Part shown: positions 47,610 to 59,719 of the stretch, piece after piece | Numbering within the stretch: position 1 is the first letter of the stretch | How the letters are laid out: the number at the start of each line of letters is the position of its first letter | Origin: Octopus bimaculoides | Lineage: Eukaryota | Reading direction: 5' to 3' | DNA length: 64,000 nt | NCBI RefSeq assembly: GCF_001194135.2 | Contig: NC_068997.1 | Location: 4,610,365-4,674,364 of the forward strand | The notes under the pieces: generated by a model | What the model was told of the DNA's origin: nothing | Databases searched by the model: none | The model's input: only the letters and a program-made list of their open reading frames with translations | Made by a program: the position numbers and the translations under genes

Positions 47610-48025
47610 AGGTGAACTGACAGGCAATGCTAAGCAGCATTTTGTCCATCTTTATGTCCTGAGTTCAAATTCTGTCATGGTCAACTTTTCCTTTCATTCT
47701 TTCAAGGTTGATAAAATAAGCATCAGTTGACCACTGGGGTCAATGTAATCAACTTCCTCCCTGAAATTGCTGGCCTTGTGCCAAAATTTTAAACCAGTAT
47801 TTGGGATATTAAAGGCAACAAACTGGCTGAATTGTTAGTATGCCAGGCAAGATGATTAACAGCATTTCATCCCTCTTCACATTCTGAGTTCAAATTCTAC
47901 TGATGTTGACTTTGCCTTTCGTCCTTTTCGGGTCAGTAAAATAAGTACAAGTTGAGTACTAGGGTTGATGTAATTGTCTTACCCCTTCCCCCAAAATACT
48001 GGCCTTGTGCCAAAATTTGAAACAA
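47610..48025 (+). mobile_element. Two tandem decayed SINE family B copies
   Basis: Two GAGTTCAAATTC..CTTTGCCTTT..GGCCTTGTGCCAAAATTT units; CpG-depleted. Confidence 0.8.
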
Positions 48026-48689
48026 ACATTTGGGATACTTGACTTACCTTTAGACAAAATCTACTGCATAGATACTAAGACCAGCAAGATGATGACATCT
48101 TCCGCAGAAGTAGCAGTACTGATAGACTCTGTTACAGAGGTAGTCACAAAGGAAGAGGTTTAGATCAGCCCAGGCAGCTTTTACCTGCTCTGCTGCTGAT
48201 TGTGGTGGTGGTGGGTCATAGCAGCTGTCATAGTTGTAGTGTCATTTAGACAATATTTTCTGAATGACAACAAAAAAAAAATATATACAGCCAATAACTC
48301 TTGAAGAGAGCAGCCTCTTGCAGGTTGGAAGTCAGTTCATCAAGAAGAACATATTTCTTGATAATGTTTTATGCAATCACAGAGCTCCCAGACAAGTGTA
48401 TATCAGTATACTGAAAGATGAGTGGATGAAGGGTTATGTATGGGTATGTTTCCTCTAAACTTGAAGATAATGTTGATGTTAAAAGACAGTGTAGTCTTTC
48501 TTGGACTCACATGCATTATATCAGAACACATCTAGGTTATGCTTTTGTGTTGATATATATATAATGGATATGTGTGTCTACGTGGATGCACACAGTCTAG
48601 TGATTAGAATATTGGACTCTTGATCATATAGTTTCGCTTACTTGCTTCATGCTCTTACCTGATGAGGCTGGGGTCATTCCAAGTTAGTT

Positions 48690-48990
48690 GTCCCAGAAAT
48701 ATCATCATGTGTAAAGCCAACCAGGTCCACCAGCACTCTCCTGGGTCTGGTCTTGTCATGGCAAGGGGCTTGCATGTTTCAAAGAGCCAAGAAAGCATTA
48801 CACTCTGGAGCTTTGCTCCTGGTGGGGGCCATCCTAGGCAGCTCATCTCCCAGGGAGGTTCCAGACTAATGATGACTTACAGCATGTTAGCTGGTTGCCA
48901 AGATGGCAGCCACATCCTCTAACTATTCAGTGGAGGACCAGCAACCCACCCTGAAGAACCCTCAACCTGTTATGACACTGACCAGAAGAA
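48690..48990 (+). mobile_element. Probable RTE-type LINE 5' UTR fragment
   Basis: TTGTCATGGCAAGGGGCTTGCATG..GGAGCTTTGCTCCTGG.. and GCAACCCACCC motifs resemble RTE/Expander 5' ends (recognition from memory). Confidence 0.45.
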
Positions 48991-49370
48991 TAATGATCAT
49001 ATGGTCATGGTTTCAATCTCCGAACTGAGTGGCTTATTGTGTCCTTAAGCAAAACACCTCATTTCATGTAGCTCCAGTCTTCTCACCGAAAACAAACACA
49101 GCCAACTGCCAGTGTAATCCATCCTCTTTGTTGCATCATTTTTGTTAGAAGAACCAAGTGTGTGTCTATGTCTGCTCCCAACTACATAGGTATCTGAAAG
49201 CATAGTACAAGCTACCAGGTCATACTTGCAAGTGAGGGCTAAAATTACACATACACACATGTATATACACAATTGCCATGCACATGGTTTCCACCTACCG
49301 AATATACTCACGAGGCATTGGTCAGCCCAGGGCAATTGTAGAAGACTCTTGTCCATTGTGCTCTGTAATA

Positions 49371-49412
<42 letters not shown>

Positions 49413-50229
49413 GTGTGTGTGTTACTGTAGATTTTAGTATACTCAGTACTGGTTAACTGTCATTCTCTTCATTTATTGTTCTTTGCTGACTCTTTGTTGT
49501 GTGCTGTATGTGTGTGTGTCAGCTTGTAAATGTCCAGAAATGTTGTGGTAGTAGCAGTGTGCCTGTGCAATATTAGATGTGTAGAAGATAAGGGAGAGTT
49601 GTTGTCCAATGTGGTTATAGTTGAGGATGTGCAAATGTTGTATGTTTGTCTTTGTTTCTATATGCATTTGATTTCCTCAAAATTATGTGTATATAAATTG
49701 TGTGTATTGATGCATTCGTTGAGAAAAAATAAGAGGGGTATGTGAGATACAGAGAAAGTGAAGGAACCACATACATAGGGGAGGGAATACACACACACAC
49801 ACACACACAGACACACACTGACATATATAATATCGTGAGGTCTCAGAATCGATCCCATTGTGTGACATCTTGGGTACGTATCTTTTACTCTAACTTCGGC
49901 TCAACCAAAGTCCTGGGAGAGAAATTGGATTAAAAGAAACTGGAAACTTGTCAGATGGGTTGCAGCTGCAATTACCACACTGATTTCTCTTAAGAAATGC
50001 ATTAAGTGGTACACAAGTATCTATGGAATACTCAACTTCTTATATACTTATTCAATGAGCAGATAGGTTAATTGAACGACTGAATTTTCATCATTTATAC
50101 TGTCAACAAAAGCAGTATAAATATTGTGGGAACATGAATCATCACCATTTTCTTTTCCCTTTTAAAATCATATGATACAAAATTTTAGATGCCTACTTCA
50201 TTGGAAATTTCACAAACCCTCAGATGTCA

Positions 50230-50410
50230 ATTTTCCTAGGTCAAAGTATACTTTTCTGCATTGTGATTGTCTTTACGGAACATTGTCCTGATCCAGAGTC
50301 ATGATCTTCGGATGTTCTTCCCAATTTGAAATTTGGGTACCACTAGTGATATTGTACATGTATCAATAAATCCTCCCCATTGGCCAGTTTACAACAATAG
50401 CAAGGTTTTT
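50230..50410 (-). mobile_element. R4-like zinc-knuckle region fragment, very decayed
   Basis: Minus strand C..C..NGED..H..ISG.P..HD..V.KTI.NA remnants, with frameshifts. Confidence 0.4.
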
Positions 50411-50429
50411 GTAAAATTTATTGTGGACC

Positions 50430-50554
50430 ATATGGTTCTGGGTTCAGTCCCACTGCATGGCACCTTGCGCAAGTGTCTTCTTCTATAGCCTCAGGCTGAC
50501 CAAAGCCATGTGAGTGGATTTGGTAGACGGGAGCCAAAAGAAGCCTGTTGTGTA

Positions 50555-50592
<38 letters not shown>

Positions 50593-50820
50593 TATGTATG
50601 TCTCATTGTATATGTGTTTGTCCCCCACTACCACTTGACAATGGTGTTGGTGTGTTTAAATCCCTGTAACTTAGCAGTTCAACAAAAAGACTGATAGAAT
50701 AAGCATCAGACTTTACAAAAAATAATAAGTACTGGGGTCAATTCGTTCAACTAAAATTCTTTAAGGCAGTGCCCCAGCATGGCTGCAGTCTAATGAATAA
50801 AACAAGAAAAAGATAAAAAG
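50430..50820 (+). mobile_element. SINE family A, near full length
   Basis: ATGGTTCTGGGTTCAGTCCCACTGCATGGCACCTTG..(TA)n..CAGCATGGCTGCAGTC tail. Confidence 0.85.
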
Positions 50821-51441
50821 AAACAGAATTTTACACAAATGTGTTGTTCTTCCAAAATCTCCTTTGTTTAATTTACAACAAATCGTTAAGTGCATTAGAC
50901 ATGCGTTAACACTAGCATCGCTAGCTGACTGACATAGCTTGATGTGGCTATTGCTAGCCTAAAGATCAAGTTCACTCATTTATAGCACTGCAGTTGTGAG
51001 TATGCTGTGTCAGCTGGTTGGTGCATGGTTTCTTCATGGACAGACATCATACGATGTCAGCTAAAATCATTGTGGTATATAATGACATTGAAATCAAACA
51101 CTTTTAACGCACCAGTAATTTATATATATATATATATATATATATATNNNNNNNNNNNNNNNNNNNNNNNNNNNNNNNNNNNNNNNNNNNNNNNNNNNNN
51201 NNNNNNNNNNNNNNNNNNNNNNNNNNNNNNNNNNNNNNNNNNNNNNCACACACACACACACAAATACATATATATAAGTAGCCAGCTATTTTGCTATTTA
51301 ACTATGTTTGCTTGTTTATCAGTCTATCTATTTGTTTATATATAACCTCTACCCGGATGTAGATCTACCCAGTAGATAAACAACACGTTATTACTCCAAA
51401 TCTACGTGTCTTATGTACACATACATATATACATATACATC

Positions 51442-51484
<43 letters not shown>

Positions 51485-52239
51485 CAGAGGGGGAGAGAGC
51501 ACTATAGGAAGAAAGAAACAAGGAAAAGGCAATGATCCATTGAGGTGTGTCTCCATAATATCAATCAATCTGAGAAAGAACAGTCAAATTTCCTTCAAAC
51601 ACACCTTTTTGTAAGAAAAGAAAGGTTAGTTTATGTAATGTAATTCCAAACAGACTACGCTTGAAATAAGATCAGATTATCATAGTTGGAATGCTTTCGA
51701 TTAGTCTTCTCAATCAAGGCTGACTTGAGGGTGAAATAACAGAGAGGGGGATGAGGGGGATAAAGAGATTTGTGATTGGAACAAAACCACAGTCTTTCAG
51801 TTACTCAACCTGAAATTGTTTCATAACAGCACTAAAAACATGTTATTATAATTATTATCATCATACACAATTAATGAATAAATTAATTAATGATAATGCA
51901 CTAAGGAAGAGTCTCTTAACCCTTTTTCAGTATTCCTCTGCTACCTCCCCCATCTTTACCAGCTCACCCCTTGATTTCCCACTACCACCACCATTACATG
52001 ATAGGCTAAAAAACATAACTGCGTATAAATAACATCTTATTATACTAACTGCTTTATATTTAATCAACAATTAAACAAAACATACTGTCAACACGTCTGT
52101 AGTTTATTAATCAAACTCCCAGGAATACCAGGATGTATATAAATTTGATTTGCTAAAGTAACAGTGAGTTTAAAAGGAGTAGGTACATGGACAGTTGTAT
52201 TAAGCCAGGGGAAGGGTTACTCAGTTACTGATGAGATCC

Positions 52240-52460
52240 CAACATGGTTTCTATGACTAGATGCCCTTCTACAGCTGGATGCCAATCACTCCAATAGTGT
52301 AGTGGGTGCTTTTTATGTGCCACCAGCAAGGGTGCCAGTTACACAGCACCATCATTGATCATGACTATGATCTCACTTGGCTTGACAGGTCTACTCAAGC
52401 ACAGTACATTGCCAAGGAATACCCCATCCTCAGCTATCTGATCAACTCCTTTTGTGGTTT
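52240..52460 (-). mobile_element. SINE family C (RTE-type tail)
   Basis: GATGCCCTTC..GCCAATCACTCC..GTGTAGTGGGTGCTTTTTATGTGCCACCAGCA. Confidence 0.65.
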
Positions 52461-53619
52461 TAACATCAAAAGAAGTACTATTCCAACCAATAGTATCAAC
52501 TGCACAAAAAGAAAAAAATAAACAATTTCAATGCTGCTCAGGAGCATAGAAACAGAACTCATGTAAGACAAAAACAATAATAAAAAGTTTAAAAGACTAA
52601 GAAGGAAAATTATAACTCATATAAAATTGAATATATAAAATTCAGCACACCTTGGTGAAAACTTTATACCTCTGGAATCCACAGTGTGAGAGAGCTATTC
52701 CAGCAACCAAAGCTTGAAAGAAAGAAAAGAAGTGACAGTGGGCTTCTGAACAGTTTTCATCTACCACATTTCATTCAGAAGGTATTAGTCAACCAAAAGA
52801 TATAGCAGACATCTAAGGTGTTTGCTATATCTTTGGATCAAGCTCCAAATCATGTGGTTGTTATGCAAACATTTTAACAGCCATGCCTGAGCCTTATTCA
52901 CACAGGTATGCTAATAGCTATTACAATAAAATAGAATAATGTGGAAGATGGTGATGATGGTGGGGGAATTTGTAAGGGCTGTGAAGGCTAACACCTTGAC
53001 TAGTCTACCTTCCACCCATCACGTAGGTCAACTCAGGCAGTGATAAATGAGGTGACTTCACAGCAAAGTAAGACACTTTTAACAGCACATATAATTTCCT
53101 CTTCCCACTTCTCCCTCTCTCTCTTTCTCCCCTCTCTCATCTCTTCTCTCTCTCTACCAATTATAGCCATATATAACTTACAGCTTTGAACTGGAGTGTT
53201 AAGTGTATGTGTGTGTGTGTGTGTGTGTGACTGTACAGAAAACTAATGCTCTTGGATTTAATCCTTGTTTTGCTGAAGATTTTTCCTATTACCTTCTTAG
53301 TTCTTTCTATTCAGTTTGAAACATTAGTGTTCCATAGTCCATTAACATCTTAAGATCTTCTCCACATCATCATCATCTTCTAATGAAATGTTAATTGTTA
53401 CATGTCATTGCAAAGAGCCATCAAAATAATGCAGTCACTAGTAAAATTGTCATCTGTGACTTTTAAATCATTCAATAGTTAACTCCTAGGAAATTTCATA
53501 TTTTATTTCACTCCATCTGCTGTGTTTATTACTGATTTGTATTTCAATATTAATAAAACTGTCATTGATACTCTTCTAGATTTTTGGCAGATTCTTCTAT
53601 ATTTTTTGATCTTTTGTCT

Positions 53620-53975
53620 TTTATTCGTTTCAGTCATTGGACTGAGGCCATACATATTAGGGCACTATCTTGAAAAATTTAGTCTGATACTTATTCTGTC
53701 AGTCTCTTTCTCCAAACTGCTAAGTTACGGGGTCATACTCAAATCAGTGTCAGTTGACAAATGGTGGGGAAACAAACACAGACACACAAATAAACACACA
53801 CACACACACACACACACTTGACAGACTTCCATACAGTTTCCATTCGCCAAATTCATTCACAAAGCATTGGTTGGCCAAGGGCTATAGCAGAAGACACTTC
53901 AAGGTTCCTGTGCAATGGGACTAAACCTGAAATCATGTGGCTTCAAAACCAACTTCTTAACCACATAGCTATGCT
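53620..53975 (-). mobile_element. SINE family A, decayed full length
   Basis: Reverse complement of tail, (CA)n and head. Confidence 0.75.
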
Positions 53976-55529
53976 AATGCTTATAAAAGCCATGCCTAGG
54001 ATGGAAGTGTTATCAACTAATGTTTTTTTCCTCCCTAATTTGATTCATATTATGTATTGTAATGTGCTGTTATGGACTTGTGTTGCAAATATTGGATCAA
54101 CCAACAAGAAAGTGTTGTACATATGTGTCGGATGTAACAGATTGAGTCGTGAAATTTACACCTTTCATGTTTACACTGAAATTTGTATATTACACTTGTT
54201 GTCTGAAGTATGTTTTGCAGTTTTCAGGTTTGTGGTTTCCTGTTAATGAAAAGATTTTAATTCTGGTGTTTCCCATTAGTTTGTGGTTAGGCTTGATGTA
54301 CAAGTATGACACTTATTCATTGGTTAACCAAGCATTTACGACTAGGAGCCATTGCATTACATTATAAACAGTTCACAAAGCAAAACTAAACAGAAAACCA
54401 ATAGGTGATATCTTTACTATACCATCCAATATAATATTCTACAGAAAACTAGATTAACTGTGGAAGATTTATTAATAGTAAAATGCAAATGAAAAATCAA
54501 TGTGCAAATATTGCACATGACACATATACTGTGTAAGTAACCAGAAGTTAAGTATTAATATTTTAAAAAATCTAAGACCATATCACCAGACAGCAATCGA
54601 CTGTCTTAAAACCAATGTTGTTTATAAATTATATTGTTAATGTGAAGACATACGTTGATGTGAAGGCAGTTACACATCAACATAGAATACTTTTGCAAGG
54701 TAAAATCACCTTGCATAGTATTCCAGCAAGAATAGTCGAGACCTATAGAAACACAGACTTTGACAAAGCACAAAGGCACTGTGGACCTTTAGACTTCTGA
54801 GATACATTCTATTAGGGAACAGAATCTTAATCTGAACTCAGAGAGTTGGGCATATGGAAACACATATTTAGTATCTCTAAGCAATAAAGACAGATACTTC
54901 CATACTTCTGGCTTACAATTTATAAATAAGAACACAAAAACCAACCTGACTGATGAAGAGTAATGAGGTCAAAAACACAAATAAAGTATTGAAACTTAAA
55001 CCAGTAAAAGCACTTCTTTAGCATAGCTAGGATCATGTCCCCAAAAATAGCCCTTCTCTTCAGAATCAGAAAATATTTGTGAACAGTTGCTAACACTACA
55101 GGGCTCAAATTGGGGCTACAGATGCTCTTCCATCTGGATGGTACTGTTGCTATATACACAGACATCCTGGACTGCATCCAGTGAAGGGCAATCACTCACT
55201 AATGGTTACACTCCAGCCTCTGATTCACAGACAATGCTGTCTTCTCTCTCTCTCTTTTCTTTTGCTACAATGATGGTATCTGGGGCAAGAACACACATGA
55301 AAATGATAAGTGTCATTGAAGAGGTCACAGATACGTGACGAAAGATTTCCAGACAATGGACATGAGTTAAAATAATAAAAGAAGAGCAATAATAAATGAG
55401 TGAAGAAAAAATACATAGTGCATGTGTTTATTTGGCAAAAAAAAAAGGAAAAAGTGACCATCCCAAAATACAACAATATCTGTTTCAACACACAATTTCA
55501 TATCAGTCAGGAATTTTGCAAAACGAATT

Positions 55530-55541
55530 GAGATATATATA

Positions 55542-55574
<33 letters not shown>

Positions 55575-55663
55575 GTATGTATATATGTGTGTATATATAT
55601 ATATATGTATGTATATATGTGTGTATATATATGTATGTATATATATATGTGTATATATATTTC

Positions 55664-55699
<36 letters not shown>

Positions 55700-55703
55700 A
55701 TAT

Positions 55704-55738
<35 letters not shown>

Positions 55739-55740
55739 CA
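55530..55740. repeat. (TG)n/(TA)n compound microsatellite
   Basis: Direct reading. Confidence 0.95.
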
Positions 55741-56214
55741 GAAACATCTCCCTGAATGCAGTCTAGGCTGGGTGGAGGAGTTTGTCTCCCCCTCGTAAGG
55801 ATAAGGGCACAGGAAATGTGTCAAGGTCTAATAGGAAGCGGTCTGGCTTCCTAGGGCTAAACAGCAGTAGTATNNNNNNNNNNNNNNNNNNNNNNNNNNN
55901 NNNNNNNNNNNNNNNNNNNNNNNNNNNNNNNNNNNNNNNNNNNNNNNNNNNNNNNNNNNNNNNNNNNNNNNNNNNNNNNNNNNNNNNNNNNNNNNNNNNN
56001 NNNNNNNNNNNNNNNNNNNNNNNNNNNNNNNNNNNNATATATATAAAAGATAATGAGAGTGAAAAAACTACAGAAGGCTTGTGTTACATGGTTAAAGTAT
56101 ATATTTAAATTGTGATGTTAGAAAAATGTTATAAAATCTTTTTGGTATATAAACATTGTATTTTGAGAAATAACCGGTTTCGTGTTGTCTTTTCAAATTT
56201 CTCTACTTCATTGT

Positions 56215-56520
56215 AATGTGTTCGCTCTGCTTTCCGTGCTGGCATAATTTAGACAGTTTGACTGGAGCTGGTAAGTCAGAGAATTGCACCAGGCTCCAGT
56301 GATCTGTTTTGGCTTGGTTTCTATGGCTGGATGCCCTTCCCAATGCCAACCACTTTACAGAGTCTACTGAGTGTGTTTTACGAGTCACTAGCATGAGTAC
56401 CCAATGTCACTGGTACAGGTGCTTTCTATGTATCACTGGCACAGGTGCCTTTTACATGCCACTGGCTCAGGGGCCCTGTAGATGTCTCTGGCACTGGTGC
56501 CTTTTATGTCATTGGCACAA
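56215..56520 (-). mobile_element. SINE family C with ~24-bp internal tandem units (CACTGGCACAGGTGC..TTTTA..TG)
   Basis: Family C body followed by four or five decayed repeats. Confidence 0.7.
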
Positions 56521-56651
56521 GTAACTTCTAAATGTCACACACATTCATACATATATATATGTTTCTTGTTATGGGATCAGTGGCAGTTTGCCACTTCTGT
56601 TTATATATTGTGAGTAGGGATGATTGACTGCCATCTCTAGCAGGCAGGTGT

Positions 56652-56696
56652 CCAGTACCGATAAAGGGTAAAGACCCAGAAACTATGGTCTACTGG
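56652..56696 (+). ncRNA. Degenerate minimal type-I hammerhead motif inside an inverted repeat
   Basis: CCAGTA-CCGATAA-aGGGTaaagACCCa-GAAA-CtatgG-TC-TACTGG: perfect 6-bp stem I, GUC triplet, two core substitutions (U4C, G8A). Confidence 0.6.
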
Positions 56697-57254
56697 TCTT
56701 GTCAAGCTGGAGGGTCGTGATTTGCTCCCTTACTCACAATATATCGGACACAGGTTGCGTATTGTTGACCAGCTGGAAAAGACATTTTCCTGAGGTTAAA
56801 ATGTAGTAACATGGTTCTTTATAGAACAGCCATGTTATAGTGGCAAAAAACATTACCGCCCATAAGGGAAACCAGGGCACAGTAGTTCCCTTCTTGGACT
56901 GAACCATTGTACTTCAGTTTACAATTCATTATACTAAGCTTTGACATTTTCACCCCAACATGTGTTTCAAATTAACAATGTAAATCTTGGTGTATTTTTT
57001 TTATGTAGAATTAACAGATACAGAATAAGGGTTAGGATTAGGTTTCATAGAAATCAATACCAGCACCACCTTCACCACACCATGCCCAGCACCACCATAA
57101 TTACCCAGTTACATAATGTGTGTGTTATGTTTCTATATGGATATATGTGTTTCTATATATAAGAGTGATTATGACAGTGAGTGTGTGTGTGCAAGTATAT
57201 GAATGAGAGTGTGTGTGAATATGTCTGTATAAGTAAATGTATAAGAGTACATGA

Positions 57255-57289
<35 letters not shown>

Positions 57290-58610
57290 AGAGACAGCAG
57301 GAGAGGCAGGGGACAGTAACATAATCATTACATGGCAGGGCGGACAGGTGGTAGTGGTGGCAGCAGCAGTGCTAGTATGGCTAAAGTGATCCCGCACAGG
57401 TGAGACAACAGTCACAGTTGAGAGACAGACACCATAGGCAGCTCTACAGGTAGGTAGGTGTGTGCATATACATGCATATACATACATACACACCCACATA
57501 TATAAACACGTGTATCTGTTTATTTATATATATATATATATATACATATATATTTTCATTTTATCTAGTTTCAGCTCATGAGCTGTGGCCATGCTGGGGC
57601 ACCGCCATTGTATGTATATATAACACACACAAATATACACACACACATATATAATGCAAATGTTTTTAAATTTTTATAGTGCAAAGTTATAGAAGATATT
57701 TCTAAGTATGCGCTAAGGTAGAAAAACTGAACAGGACTGCACGTGGGAATTGAATCCTGTGTTTGTAGTATGTCAGTCAACCATATTAACTATGATACAG
57801 AAAAGCTTAAACAAATAATAACTTTTTATATATTTCTACCTTAGTTCAACTTGTAAATTTCTTATGTAAGTCTATATATATATATGTGTGTGTGTGTGTC
57901 CCTCCCATGCCAGCATGGAAGGTGGACATTAAACGATGATTATATATATAGTTATATGTTATTGTTGTGTATGGATGGATATGTGAGCGTGTATGCATGT
58001 ATATATGTGTGTGTGTATGTATATGTATGTATGTATATGCATATGTGCAATGTGACTGCATGTGTGTATGAATATATATGTATGTGCAGTGTGACTATGT
58101 GTCTGTATGTGTGTGTACATACGTACTACACTTATTTTCACTATGTGGTATCTTGTGCAAGTGACTTCTACTGTAACCTTGTCAAAACAGGCATTTTAAA
58201 TGAAATCAGTAAAATAGAAACTAAGATGTAGTCCTGTTGGGTGTTATTAAAAAGGTACAGCTTTGTCACTCATTGAGTTACACTGATCCACCTTGATCCT
58301 AATCCTGTTAAGTGTGCAGCATATATGTCTGTGGAATACTCAGCCATTTACTCTATGATTCAACGACAAGATAATTCAGTTCATTAAAAACAACCAGATT
58401 ACTGATTGCTGGAATTGATGTTAAATATGTTTACCGTCTTCAGTTCTCTTTTACATCAATTTGTAAAACAATAAAATACTTATGTGTATGTGTCTGTATG
58501 ATATACAAATGTGGCTGTGAGGTTAAGAAGCTTGCCTCCCAAGAATTTAATTGAGTTTTTACCTGTAAATTTGGATTTTTATCCCTAATATATATATATA
58601 TATATATATT

Positions 58611-59289
58611 ATATTATATTATATTAGAGGAAAAATCAAGGCAGAGCGAGTATCTCAAGTCATTTAGAATAATTTGATTAGGGTAAGTGAATTTCAAGTC
58701 TTACAGCTGTTTTGTGGGATAACCCAAGTGATAGGTTAGCATGTCCACACACTAGGTATTCTTAACTAAAGACCTGTACCTTCATGGAAGTATTGACCAA
58801 CATCCATATCCTCTGGAAAAAGATGAGTTGTGAACATTATTCTCCTGCCTATATTCTTCTAACTACCTTTACTCTTAATTCTTCTATTTTATTCCTATAT
58901 TCTTCTATTTTATTCCTTATAAACTGTGAATTTTATTCCTTGTAAACTGTAAATTTTCCTTGTCTAAAATATTCACACCTTGTCTCTGATGACAGAATAC
59001 CCAGTGCATGGGCATGCTAACCTATCACTTGTGTTATCCCAGAAATGGCTGTAAGACTTCAAATTCACTTTTACCCTAATTAAATTATTCTAAATGACTT
59101 GAGATACTCGTTCTGCCATGGTTTTGATTTTTCCTCTAATATAATATAATATATACTTGCTATAACGGAATCCTAAGACAGATCCCTAGATCCAGTCTTA
59201 GTTGTGATCTTGGAACCTAGCAGTCAACCAACTACAGTGCTTACTCAGCATACCTGTTCATTTAGATCACAAGTGAACTAAACCCCTCC

Positions 59290-59290
<1 letters not shown>
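58611..59290 (+). mobile_element. Fold-back Penelope-like element with hammerhead motif (arms 58611-58762 / 58994-59152)
   Basis: ~150-bp inverted arms, pyrimidine-rich spacer, gtct-CTGATGA..GAAA-tggctg-TA-agac at 58982-59057, tail homologous to 19855-19945, flanked by (TA)n and (CT)n. Confidence 0.75.
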
Positions 59291-59339
<49 letters not shown>

Positions 59340-59402
59340 NNNNNNNNNNNNNNNNNNNNNNNNNNNNNNNNNNNNNNNNNNNNNNNNNNNNNNNNNNNNN
59401 NN

Positions 59403-59445
<43 letters not shown>

Positions 59446-59719
59446 ACACATACATACATACACACACATATATATGCACACACACACACAGTTTCTTGGA
59501 ACACTGAATACCCATTTCTAATGACACTCATGTATAAGAATTATATACTCACCAGCACTTAATGACAAAAATAGTTTGATGAGATTTCTTGATGATATTA
59601 ATACACACACACACACACACACACCCTGATCATATGTATCACATGCTTGTGATAAAACGAGATGTCCACAAAACAGTGGAAAGACATAAATACACAAAAT
59701 TCGGCAGCAGCTCCATTGA

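Noticed and set aside
48655-48710. CTGATGA...GAAA as a hammerhead
   Set aside because: No valid stem II closure, no NUH with paired stem III, no stem I.
55206-55279. Minus-strand terminal exon (D)TIIVAKEKREREDSIVCESEAGV*
   Set aside because: The acceptor's pyrimidine tract lies within a dispersed repeat (homologous to ~18700), the frame is short and partly GA-repeat, and no compatible upstream exon was found.
57250-57450. GC-richer segment as an exon (MAGRTGGSGGSSSASMAKVIPH on plus, or an open minus frame)
   Set aside because: Plausible splice sites on both strands, low complexity and no homology; cannot choose or support either.
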